This document shows positions 24,356 to 59,895 of a stretch of DNA of 64,000 bases, piece by piece. This DNA is from Macrostomum lignano (Eukaryota): assembly GCA_002269645.1 (NCBI GenBank), contig NIVC01000469.1, positions 186,001 through 250,000 on the forward strand, written 5' to 3'. The notes beneath the pieces are model-generated. The model was not told where the DNA came from. It ran no database searches and saw nothing but the letters and a program-made list of their open reading frames with translations. Position numbers and translations under genes: made by a program. Position 1 is the first letter of the stretch; each line of letters opens with the position of its first letter.

Positions 24356-24586
24356 CTATCCCTGCATCCCGTAGGTGTTGAGGAAGTTGCCGCCTTGACG
24401 CTTGGCGTGACGCTTCAGCATGCCGCCGAGAATGCCGGCCCGCTTGGAGTTCCGCATGTCTTTCAGGGACTGGCGCTGCCGGTCGATCATCGGCGACGCG
24501 TCTTTGGCGTTGATGAACGCATCGGAGATGCAAACAGCGAAAGCGGCCATTGCTACTAGAAGCAGAATTGCTTTTGTTGAGAACAT
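24356..24586 (-). CDS. 76-aa secreted prepropeptide (neuropeptide- or antimicrobial-peptide-like precursor)
   Basis: Signal peptide MFSTKAILLLVAMAAFAVCISDA; three KR sites; ends QGGNFLNTYGMQG-stop; AACAATG start context; AATAAA on minus strand at 24291-24286. Confidence 0.85.
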   Translation of the reverse strand: MFSTKAILLLVAMAAFAVCISDAFINAKDASPMIDRQRQSLKDMRNSKRAGILGGMLKRHAKRQGGNFLNTYGMQG

Positions 24587-25329
24587 TGTTTAACGAAGGA
24601 AGTTCTAGTCAATGTTAGAGGGTTGACAATCAATTGTGATGAAGCTAGTGCTCAACTGGCGCTATGCGCTTCTATAAATGCAATTTTCAGACAAGACAGG
24701 TGCGCGATAATGAGCGGAAGAAGTCAACTACATCTGCCGTGTCAGTCCGGAAGCTGGGCTGGGATCTGCATCGGGTACTCCCGGAAGTGTAACAATTTGC
24801 TTCTGTGAATTTTCTGTAGCTGACTGCATTGCTCGGTAATTAATCATCGTTAGATTAGACATTGAAGAAGTCAACTCTTCAACTAAAATGTGATCCGCAC
24901 TGGCTTTGTAGAATGGCTCGACCGATTTCCCCAGAAAAAATCGGACAATTTCCAGCCATTTTTTAGCAAAACTTCAACCGATAATATACGAGCGTAGTTA
25001 TAAATACGAGCGTATTAAAAAGGATAAGAACCGACTGAACGAGATGACACTGTAACAAGAGCTGCGGCTGTAAGGCCGTGAGGCTTTGAGGGAAAAATTA
25101 GATTAGATACCAGGTATGTACGTACGCTCGTACAAATCTACCATTGTATTCATTTGATGGCATCCAAAAGTTTTTGAGTTCGACCACTTTCCCACAATAC
25201 CGCGCCCTAAAATTTCACCAAACCTTAATTCCATAAGTTTTTAACGGGCATATAAAAATTCAAGTGCTCAGCTTTAAGAGAAGCAGTGCAATCTGCAATT
25301 GAAACTCAGTTTTCAGCCGCCGGCCAGCC

Positions 25330-25490
25330 ATGGCCGCCGAACTGTCGATACGCGACATCCGCGCCATAATTTTCTACAATTTCAAGCGCGGCCTCACGAC
25401 GCAGCAGTGCCATGAGAAGATGCAGGCAGCTCTGGGCAATTCTGCGCCTTCGACGTGCACCGTCCAGAACTGGTACCGCGACCTTTGGGC
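25330..25490 (+). mobile_element. Truncated mariner transposase fragment (N-terminal HTH)
   Basis: IRAIIFYNFKRGLTTQQCHEKMQAALGNSAPSTCTVQNWYR matches the mariner transposase HTH; no DDD domain follows. Confidence 0.85.
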
Positions 25491-26304
25491 GGCGGTAGAA
25501 TTCATGGGTCTTCATGATACTGGCTGTCTCCCCGCCCAACCATTACGAGCGTACCCACGATCCCCAAGTTTGTGGAATCTTGACTCTTCTAAAACTGAAC
25601 TCTTTTGATGTGGAAAATTCTAAACTGACTACTAGTGCCAGTATTAAAGTATCAGAATTGCAGATTTTATAAATCAATAGAAATCCACGAATTCAAACAC
25701 AACACAGGCTTGCTTCCTGTTGGGTCTCATAAAGCAACGTCGTAGGGCGCAACCGAAAAGATGAAGCTTGCTGAATTCGAAACCCTTGGGGATGAAAGAG
25801 AAGGAAATGTTCACCTGAGTCAGTACTGCGCAGGAAGGCTGTCGGATCACGAATCGGATCAATATTCTGGGATTTAAGGTGAAACTTCTTATATCAATAT
25901 TTATTATTCATTATTTTACAGGTGCAAATTATTACTAAACACGAAGACCAACAAAAACTAATTTTCAAGACACAAAATTAAATGCAAAATTAATTTTATA
26001 AAATTTGTTATTGTAAAATGGAAACCATGTGGGTAGCTTTATTTTGGACACAAAGTTCTCTTGGAAGTTTTGTAAATGGAAATTGTTCACTTAGTCATTT
26101 TTTCGGCATATTCTAACAGGAACAGGAAACTGGTATGCGAAACCGAAGTAACCCCCAAATTTTATGCAACGTTAGTCAAAGACATTATTGAGATGTGGCG
26201 AAAGTTGAGTTAATTCAAACCATTCAGCCGCATCAGCTTGAATAGAGTCAATCCGAAGATTCTCTTAGTTAATAATGATATTTTACAATCGTTAAGGGAG
26301 ACGG

Positions 26305-26850
26305 AAGATAGAGAGATATGAGGGGGAGAGAGAGAGATGAGAGGGAGATGGGAGATGGAGAGAGATGAGGGGAGATAGAGAGATGAGAGGAAGAGGGGAG
26401 ATGGAGAGATATGAGGGGGAGATAGAGGGATATAAAGAGAGTTATGAGGTGGGATAGAGATATGTGAGGGAGAGGGGAGATGGAGAGATATGAGAGGGAG
26501 AGGAAAGATAGAGAGATACGAGAGGGAGAGGGAGATAGAGAAATATGAGAGGGAGAGGGGAGATAGAGAGATATGAGAGGGAGAGGGGAGATAGAGAGAT
26601 ATGAGAGGGAGAGGGGAGATAGAGAGGCAGATGAGAGGGAGATGAGAGGGAGAGGGGAGATAGAGAGAAATGAGAGGGAGAGGGGAGATAGAGAGATACG
26701 AGAGGGAGAGGGAGATAGAGAGGCAGATGAGAGGGAGATGAGAGGGAGAGGGGAGATAGAGAGATATGAGAGGTAAGATAGAGAGATGAGAGGGAGAGGG
26801 GAGATAGAGAGATATGAGAGTGAGAGGGGTGATAGAGAGATATGAGAGTC
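26305..26850. repeat. GA-rich low-complexity repeat
   Basis: Direct inspection. Confidence 0.9.
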
Positions 26851-27439
26851 AGTACAATTTAGAAATCTCTTATGGCTCTATCCGGTCAGGTATTTCACAG
26901 TCAGGAAGAGTGGGGGATCAGGGGCGTTACTACGAGAGCCAGCGTTCCGCACTGCTCAGTCCTTAGACTGACCGATCTAAATTCTGAGCAGGGGGTTTCT
27001 CTGACATGAGTGTGTCAAAAATGTCAGCCATCTGACCTCCTACTAACCTGAAAGCTTAACAATTTCAGAGAAAAGTAATTATACAGCCCAGTCCAAACGA
27101 CCCCGGTCATTATTGACTAAAATACGGGTTACAGTGCCGTACAGTCAACGATGTCACTGATTGAGTCATCCTTCATGGAATGAGCTGGCTTGCAGAAGTT
27201 TGACGCTTTTTTGCTGCTTTGCCGCGGGGCACAGAGGGGGAGACACTTGCGCCGAGTCAGATGGCGGTTGCGTCATGGCTCTGTCAAAAGCTGCAGCGAT
27301 AATCAGATCTGAGACCCGCGTGCCTTGACAGTCCGCTTCAGTGAGTCCATTCAGCTCTGGACTCACCGTGCCGCGCTCTTCTGCTGCGCGTGTTGCCTTT
27401 GTTTGCTTGTCACGGAAACTGTTGTCACTTGCTTGTGCG

Positions 27440-27642
<203 letters not shown>

Positions 27643-28265
27643 AAGCTCCCAGAAACCGAAGACTGCCTCATTGGCCGAGCCAGAAGGCAGCCAATAGCCA
27701 ATAAGCAGCCCGTACCAAAAGAAGCCGCCATTTAGTGGCAAAGAATAGTCAATCCAGAGGCAAAAACCAACGCAGAAATCAAGCAGAAATTCACTGACTG
27801 CTCTAAAGATTCTTCACTAATCGGTGAGTGCGGGTGGGCATTGAACACATTTTTTGCGGCTTTGAGTTTGAGATTCTGTCCCAGTTTATCTGGAATGCTG
27901 GAGTACATTCGGGGTTTCTATGGCGATCCCCCCATGTTGTCTGTCAAAGAGCACCACGTCTTCTTTTTTCAATTTTCCGCTTTGAAATCTGCCAGGTGAC
28001 GCGACGTGTCAAGAAAGCTGCACGAGTTTACCGTTGACGCTCGCTTGATGAGGCTAAAAGGGAATTGATGCTGGGAATGTCTGCGCCTGCGTGTGCGTCA
28101 GCTTGGCGTTTGCAAATAAGGATGTTTCCCCAAAGCTTTTCTGTCTGTGCCGCGTACTTTAACAGTAGGAAATATCAATAGAAACTTAGTGCTGAGATCT
28201 GAAATGAGATAAAAATTTGTTGCGGACAACTTTGCAAGGCCACTTAGCAGTGGTATGCGGCGGTA

Positions 28266-28855
28266 GATGGCGGATAGTAGATAGCGAATAGTAGATAGCG
28301 GATAGTAGATAGCGGATAGTAGATAGCGGATAGTAGATTGCGGATAGTAGATAGCGGATAGTAGATAGCGGATAGTAGATAGCGGATAGTAGATAGCGGA
28401 TAGTAGATAGCGGATAGTAGATAGCGGAAAGTAGATAGCGAATAGTAGATAGCGGATAGTAGATAGCGGATAGTAGATAGCGGATAGTAGATAGCGGATA
28501 GTAGATAGCGGATAGTAGATAGCGGATAGTAGATAGCGGATAGTAGATAGCGGATAGTAGATAGCGGATAGTAGATAGCGGATAGTAGATAGCGGATAGT
28601 AGATATCGGATAGTAGATAGCGGATAGTAGATGGCGGATAGTAGATAGCGGATAGTAGATAGCGGATAGTAGATGGCGGATAGTAGATGGCGGATAGTAG
28701 ATAGCGGATAGTAGATAGCGGATTGTAGATAGCAGATAGTAGATAGCGGATAGTAGATAGCGAATAGTAGATAGCGGATAGTAGATAGCGGATAGTAGAT
28801 GGCGGATAGTAGATAGCGGATAGTAGATAGTGGATAGTAGATAGCGGATAGTAGA
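28266..28855. repeat. 14-bp minisatellite
   Basis: Unit GATAGTAGATAGCG. Confidence 0.95.
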
Positions 28856-29335
28856 CAGCAGACATATTTAACGGGCTAAGTTTTTCATTCATGTATATTG
28901 CTATGTGAAAAGTTACATTGGTCGGTTAGTCAGATTAGCACAGGTATACAACTTCACCGGACACAGTCAAAGATCAAAGAGTGTTCCCATCATTGCAACC
29001 GTAAACGGCGCATCTATCTAATTTCTCATAAGGCTTTTCCGACGAGAAGTTCAGTTTACAAAGAAACGGGGTAAACAGAAACAGACAGACTGGCTAACAG
29101 CTAGCTAGCTTGTGATTACGTAACACGAGTTGTACATGAGGGCCTGGGGATAGGGGGGGAGGAGCTCGCGGCGAGTCAGGCAGAAGATAATTTAGAGGGC
29201 TGAGGGGGACAGACAGTAAATAACGGGTTGTGCTGGGTCAGATTGCAGCTGGGGCCGCTGCGCTTTGAAGGGGGTGGCTGAGTATTGCTCTGAGCTCTGC
29301 TCTGGCAAATTGTTAATGACTGCGTAGCAGGTTGG

Positions 29336-30060
<725 letters not shown>

Positions 30061-30684
30061 TGTATTCACACAGAATGCGGCTGCAATTCAGACAAATGTG
30101 AAGCCAATTAAGTATCCAGACAGCCGGAGTCCAGCTTTACTAGAGCGACAGGCCGGCAGGCTCTGCATCTACCCCCCACTCACTCAATTCATCCTTGAGA
30201 ACAATTAACAAAGTTAGCGAAGCGAGAAAGTTGCTGCCCACCGGTTGCTGGACACAACACAAGAGGCCTCCTCTAGAAGACAGAAATTTGCAGAGTGATC
30301 TGGGAAAAATCCTGCAACAGTTTGATGGGGGGGGGGCAGAAGCCTAATTCCGAATTCGGGTTGGGGCGGCTCAAGATGTCCTGCGGCCCATCATTGTTTA
30401 GTTTTAAAAAGGCCAACACAACTGGGTGTTGGAAACTTCGCACTTCGTTTGGCTCGCGCTATCTTCTTCTCTGACTTGTATAGTGCTGGCGTCCTGAATG
30501 TTTGCGCCCAGCTTCAGTTTATGCCTCATCATCAATCACTGCAACGCGAGATTTTTGGAAAATTGTAAAAATCTCTGAGGGAAAACTTCAGTTTGGAACT
30601 TCTGACAGGGAAGGCGCCTGCAGGGCGGATAAATAAACAGACGGCGAAGAGGGAAGCAGATGGCTACAGTGGGGCGACACGGGG

Positions 30685-32300
<1,616 letters not shown>

Positions 32301-34239
32301 AGAGAGTGAAGACTTGATAGAATTAATTTTTTACGTAAAACAACGACTGTACTGGTAACAAATTTTCAAACTATCATTTGCGGTAAAGTTTTAATATTAA
32401 TTTTAATTAAATTTTTGTTCTTCAAAACTTTCACTTTCACAAACTTTCACTCTTGCAATTGTGCCCATTTCGCTGACTCATGCACACGCTCACACAGGGT
32501 GTACAGCGGCCCTGACTGTCTAATCCTCAGGCATGTACACTCTCTGTGCTTTGGGGGCTGCCCATCATGGCTGTGAGTCGCACGACAGCCCCTTGACCAA
32601 CTTCCGTTAACAAGCCCTTAATTGGTGTGGCCGCGAATCTAACCAGGATCTGTGGCGCAAGAGATCTCCTCACCTGGGGGGACCGAATTTCCATCGGGAA
32701 TGGAAACCGGGGGAGCATTGAAAAGAGAGGAGGTATGGAGAATGAAGCTGGGCAGAGTGATGCAGCTAATCGGTGCCCCACAGACATCTGTTTTCTACTG
32801 TCGCTCTGAGGCGCCAGTCTGCTTTGCTGTCTTTGCTGTCACCTGCGACCTGCGGCAGCAGCCCCGCTCAGTCATAATTGCTTTTCTCACCGCACGGCCC
32901 CACCTGGCTATTTATAATTCTGTATTCAGACCCAGCCGGCAGAATGCTCTGCAATGAGATGGTCAATTGTCTCTCGACTCTCTACGCGTTTCTCGCGGGG
33001 GCCATGCAAACCGCGACCCGAGAGTTGGCGCGCGTGCGCTCTTTCAAAGAGAAGAAAAGAACTTGAAGAGGCACTTTGCTGCTTCTACCTGCTGCTGGCT
33101 GGCAGGAAAAGATAATGCTCCTTCAATTGCGGGCTGGGGGGGTTTCTTTTGTGTGCTTTTGTTGAGAATTTCAGTCTCAGGCGGGGAGGCCCTGGGCTGT
33201 ATAAAATTGGCTGTAGGCAGTATTGGAATGCTCGGAGCCCGGCCATTTCGAATTGGACGGATTTCATTTCTGTGAAAATATTTTTGGCATTCGCTATTAA
33301 AGGTGAGTTTATTCTTTTACAACGGAGGCAAGAGAGCTTGCACAAGGGATTCGCCTAGAGGTCCTGAGTTCGAGCTGTTTTATTGCTAAATTATAGTTTT
33401 TGTGGTTTATTTATTTTATTGCAAGATATTTTCTAGAAAAATCAAAGAACCCAGCTCTCTCGTCCACTTCTACTGAAGCCGTCCCTGAGTTCGAGTTCAA
33501 AATGTGATTTATCCTCCAACGTACCCAATATCACTGTAGACCTCCCATATGCTCAAGTTTTACGACCAAATCTGGACCCAGAATCCCCGCATAGATTAGT
33601 TTCTGGTAGACAAATATCCAGCACAGAGTCTTGACCGGCCACTTCTCGGCGGAATGCCGCGGATTACGTAATAATATATTCAAATTTTTTCTTGCTGCCC
33701 AGCTTCAGCCCTCCATCATCGCTAATTCTCGCTTAGTTTGAGGTCAATAACCTTGGGGGGCTCTAACTGCCTTCTCCGCCTTCTCTCTGCTGTTTTGCTG
33801 CAAGACTGAGAGGCGGGCAAGACCGTTCAATCAAATAAGACAGAAAACTTGAAGCAGTTTTTATCTGCTATTTCGGTTTTAATAATTAATGAGTCTCTTG
33901 GCTTGACGGAGAGGGAACTAGGCTAGGGTGGTTTGCTTGGTTTTCGTTGAATTGAGACGCGAATATAACAAATCTTGCGGATTGATTTGGGATGGGTGTG
34001 GGAGAATACGGGTGATGGAGTGCGAGGGAATTGATGAGCAAAGGCAGACAAACCAGGAGGAGTGACTGAAAAAGCGTGTTAAAGAGGCAGTATGATTTGA
34101 CAGGATGGATAGCGAGATATTCGAAGAAAATTATGGTTATGAAGAGGAGCAAAAGTGAGAGGGGAGGGGATAAAGGAAAGAGCCAGGAGGATAACAGAGA
34201 GAATTGGTGAAGATAGTGATGAGGAAGAGACGTGATGAG

Positions 34240-34700
34240 AGAGAGCAGGGTTGATGGAGAGGGCATGAGGGAGAGGTATGAGGGAGAGGGGATGAGGGAG
34301 AGGGGATGAGGGAGAGGGGATGAGGGAGAGGGGATGAATGAGAGGGGATGAGAGAGAGGGGTGAGGGAGAGAGAGGATGAGGGAGAGGGGATGAGGGAGA
34401 GGGGATGAGGGAGAGGGGATGAGGGAGAGGGGATGAGGGAGAGGGGATGAGGGAGAGGGGATGAGGGAGAAGGGATGAGAGAGAGGGGATGAGGGAGAAG
34501 GGATGAGGGAGAGGGGATGAGGGAGAGGGGATGAGGGAGAGGGGATGAGGGAGAGGGGATGAGGGAGAGGGGATGAGGGAGAAGGGATGAGAGAGAGGGG
34601 ATGAGGGAGAGGGGATGAGGGAGAGGGGATGAGGGAGAGGGGTGAGGGAGAGGGGGGTGAGCGAGAGAGAGGATGAGCGAGAGGGGATGAGGGTGAACCA
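34240..34700. repeat. 14-bp GA-rich tandem repeat
   Basis: Unit GATGAGGGAGAGGG. Confidence 0.9.
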
Positions 34701-35496
34701 GGAAAGAGCCGAGACCAGGGCAGCTTGCAGGAGATAAAACAGAGCCCAGCGCCCAGAGACACAGCAAACTGAAATCAGACAAGTCAAAGCTGGCTCCTGG
34801 AACCGCTGCAGAGGAGCCGGGAGTTTCCGCATTGATTCAGCCAGGCATGGAACTGGCGGAAGTCATCAGCGACTGCCATCTACTATGTGGGGATTATTAA
34901 ACATTTATGCCCCCAGTCGATACCCAACTGTATCTCCCGCTCGCATATATCTGCTTTGTTCATCTGATATTTCCGAGCTGTGCCACAAGGCGAAGAAGGA
35001 GTTGATTGACGGGGGGTGTTGGGGCGGTGGCAGCCCACCGACTGGCAGATTGACCAGACAGTCAGTCTTAATCCCTGCAGTTGCGCTGTGCAGTCAAGAT
35101 CGCTAGCTACAGATTAACAAGTCGTCCTCCCCATCTGCAGCTCTCAATCTCTCCTGGGCTGTAAAGGAACGCCAACCACCCCTCGGCAACCCGGCAAGTC
35201 CCGCGGAAATTCCAGAGTAGAGAATGGAGCAACCCGCTAGGGAGGCTGGCCAGCATTCCGAATCTGCTCATTTCGGATTCGACCGCGCGGGAGCAGTGTG
35301 CCGGTTCGAAATCCCCGGGGAGACGACCCGAGTCTGAGCACCCCAGCTTGGATTGAGAGATAGCCCCGAGTCTGAAGAGCTGCATGCATTTTTTCATTTT
35401 CCAACCATGCTTAAAAACTAATGCGATGCCCTATCCGGGAGTTGACCAATAACTGTATTCCCAACCCATTCTGACTGCAGATTCGACACAACTAAC

Positions 35497-35780
35497 AGTC
35501 AAGCGACACAGTCAAGCGACACAGTCAAGCGACACAGTCAAGCGACACAGTCAAGCGACACAGTCGAGCGACACAGTCAAGCGACACAGTCAAGCGACAC
35601 AGTCAAGCGACACAGTCAAGCGACACAGTCAAGCGACACAGTCAAGCGACACAGTCGAGCGACACAGTCAAGCGACACAGTCAAGCGACACAGTCAAGCG
35701 ACACAGTCAAGCGACACAGTCAAGCGACACATTCAAGCGACACAGTCAAGCGACACAGTCAAGCGACACAGTCAAGCGAC
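35497..35780. repeat. 13-bp tandem repeat abutting the ATG of the 324-aa ORF
   Basis: Unit CAGTCAAGCGACA; the last unit reads ...AAGCGAC|ATG. Confidence 0.95.
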
Positions 35781-36755
35781 ATGTCGAACGCCGGAAGGCA
35801 GTGGCCGCAGTCTGCAGCAGTCCTGCGCCAGGGCGCCTCCGATTTCGACTTTTACAGCAACGTCGGAGACGTCGGCAGCGTCGGGTCGGCATACGACTGT
35901 GGCTTTGGCGGAAATGTCGACAATTTTGGCGATGGAGATGACTCCGGCTACACGGAGATCCCCATGGCAACGGTGGCTGCAGATTCGGGTCTTCGAGATC
36001 GAATCGCTCGCCTGGTGTTCGGACCGTCCAGGCAGACGCCGCAGCAGCCTCCGCCGCCGCCTCCGCCGCCACCGTCGCAAAGCAGCCGACGTCGAAGCGG
36101 CCCTGGCAGCCGCATAGCAACGGGCGGCTTCCCCGGCTACGCGTACACCCGCTGGGAATGCCTGCCCTCATCGACGCCGCCGCCGCCCAGGTCGGCGAAG
36201 GCGCCATCGGCCGCCTCAGCCTGCGGCAGCCAGCGGACCGTCCGTTTCCGCTGCCCGCTGGATCCGCACGGGTGTCAAGAGGCGCCGGCAGCTCCATCGG
36301 CGGTGGAGAACCGGTGGACAGCCGTGCAGCAGCCGTACTCGACCTTCTCCGCAGGCGGCTCAATGCCGGCCTTGGGCGAGCGCTCGGCCTCCAGTGGCTA
36401 CGGATCCGACGTTGACATCGTGAGCGCCGGCGACTTTTACGCGGTGCGCGAGGAGGACATCGACCGGCTGCTGGTTCCGGCGGCAGCGGCGACTCCGTTG
36501 CCCCCCGCGGACCCGGATGTCGATGTGCAGACGCTGGACCTGTCGGCCTTCTTCCCCTCTCAGCAGCCAGTGGCAGGCAGTGCGCCAACGCAAATCGATG
36601 CATTAAAGTCTGTTGAATCAACCCGATGCGGCGGCCTGCTGGTCAAAAGCAGCCCAAGAGAACAGCGGCAGCATCAAAGCTTTGAGCTGACGGACATGCG
36701 CCCAAAGTCGGTTTCTCGGCGTGGCAACGCCAGTCATCGATGCTACTATAAGTAG
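35781..36755 (+). CDS. 324-aa predicted disordered Pro/Ser-rich protein of unknown family
   Basis: Real ATG; 975-nt GC-rich non-repetitive ORF ending at the GC/AT boundary; poly-Pro tract; convergent with the filamin 3' end. Confidence 0.65.
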   Translation: MSNAGRQWPQSAAVLRQGASDFDFYSNVGDVGSVGSAYDCGFGGNVDNFGDGDDSGYTEIPMATVAADSGLRDRIARLVFGPSRQTPQQPPPPPPPPPSQSSRRRSGPGSRIATGGFPGYAYTRWECLPSSTPPPPRSAKAPSAASACGSQRTVRFRCPLDPHGCQEAPAAPSAVENRWTAVQQPYSTFSAGGSMPALGERSASSGYGSDVDIVSAGDFYAVREEDIDRLLVPAAAATPLPPADPDVDVQTLDLSAFFPSQQPVAGSAPTQIDALKSVESTRCGGLLVKSSPREQRQHQSFELTDMRPKSVSRRGNASHRCYYK

Positions 36756-39060
36756 GGCCAGACTAAAAAGACTTGTAAATTTATTACACTTCAAATTTAT
36801 GTGAATTTTGATAGGAAACCTGCGTATTGGAAAGACATTGACCCAAGGACTTCCGTAGTTTAAGGACGCAAAATTGAAAAAATGGCGAGGCTTATTAAAT
36901 CCACGAAGCTGGAACACAGTCAAGGACAACCAAAAGTTAAATTTATAAATCAAAAATTAAAGTTCTAGAGGTTCTTGCTAATTTATATATAGCTCCTGTC
37001 ATAAGGACCACTCAGGCGGGAAGCTACGAGCATATTTTTACAGTCTGACTTTTCCGCGACGCTATGACCTACTAGTCAAATCTACCAGTGTAAACTGAGT
37101 TTTTTATATACTTGCCGATAATTAAATTTATATTTAACAGTGTGTAATAGAATAGTGTGTAACGACGTTAATCTTATGTTCGCGAAATATTCAATTGCTG
37201 CTTGATATTTCAACATCAAAATAGTAAATAAATGTAAAATACAACCAATATCATCAACGTAGTTTTGTTGCAAAGAAAGGCATAAAGTAAGGCGGCATTT
37301 ATTGTTTTTTATTACACATGTTATTATATAATACGCGAGGAATTGCGATAAATAAAACCACATATATGTACTAGTTAATCCGTAATATTTAATACTGAGG
37401 AAGCCGCGGCATTAAGTGTTAATCGTAATAAAAATATTCTTGGCCGTAGCCGAACAGAGAGAGAGACACTCGCCGTAATTTAATCCGCAAAAAAGTGTTA
37501 AAACAGAATCTGCTGCTCAATAGTGCTTCAAGCGCTTTTTCGTATTTATAAGCAATAAATGTAAAATTAAAATTTTATCTAAGCGACCAGCGATTTGGAA
37601 AGGTAAAATTTAAGCGAACAAACACGCAGGCTAAACAGGAAAGCAGGTTATACATATGTTTTTGTTATATAAATGTGTGGTTGCTTTAGCATCCGGACAA
37701 ATCCATCGTTTTTAAAAAATACAAAACGAACTAACGTACTGCTGCATAAATAAATCCGGAAAATAAAAGAAAATGTACGTCTGTAACAAATCGCGAGGAC
37801 CTGCATTAGTTTCTAGCCTTAAAAAAACTTTAATAGCTTCCAGATTTAGCGGTTGAAATAAATTTACTTTGAATGTGCAACTAATTTCAATTGTAACGAG
37901 TCTACAAGGCGAGACACCAAGCGCCAAAACACGAACCAAATTTGAATATGCCAACTTATAACAAAAATACAAAAGAAGTCGCTGCACAACAAACCCCAAA
38001 CCTGAAAGAGTGGAACTGTTAAGCTCCCTCAACCGAAATAATTTTTGCTACGCAGACATTATAATTACTGATCATATAGCAAAATGAAACAAGAAAAATC
38101 ATATAGTCATAACGAATCAATATAGTCGAATCGAATACAAACTGAAATTTCACCCGCAGAGAGCAAATTATTTAAAATTAAAATTAAAATTAAAATAAAA
38201 AAATTTCCGAGCCATGCGTAAAATTGGTAATTACTATACAAGCATCCAGTTAGCTTAACCGAAAGTACATGTTTATAAAAATTTTATGGACTGTACACCA
38301 TTGCCAGCGAGTAACTTTTATTTGACTACTGTGAGTAACGTAGTAGGGATTTGAAAAGAAAATTAGAAGCGTGTGGCTAGAAAAATCTAATTAAAAATCT
38401 CATTAAAAGCTAGAACTTTATATGCAAGTCTTGTAGGCCAGCAGTATTTGCGGATTTGGATGATCATTTGGTACACGACAACAGAAACTTATTTCACATG
38501 TATTAATAACTTCTTAAAACAATATCTAATTTTATTTATTGGCAAATTATTTTGATTTGATTAACCAATAAATATAACATACCTACCTCGTTAAACATGA
38601 GCCAAAAGGAAATCAGTACAAATTATTTTATATATCACAAGATATATATATCACTACTAGACTAGAGGCTTTGTGCGGCATAGAGATATGAAGTTAAGTA
38701 AATTTGAATAGTTGCAAAACACGTCTGTGGATAGCCGCCTAGGTGTTTCCGTATTGTCTTAATTACTTTATTGCCTTTGAGTCACTGGCCGTGCCAGTCA
38801 ACAAATCGAGCCTTATGTTACTTTGCAATAAAAACCTCGATTTCTCTGAAGAGTGAAGTTTCGATGCTTTCTATCAAAAAGTCAGACACAGCTGGTAGAC
38901 CCCAAGCATAGCACTATACAATATAAATATGCTCTTACAGGGTGTACAGTGGGCCTGACTAGAACGTTTTTTCAAAAAATAGGCATTACTTACGACTTTC
39001 CATCAGCAACTTTTGAGAATAGGAAAGGCCATTGTAGCCCACAAAAAGCGAGTTAGTCAT

Positions 39061-59895
<20,835 letters not shown>

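Noticed and set aside
36844-36870. Second CAAGGAC terminus like the P-type MITE
   Set aside because: No matching inverted end or TSD found
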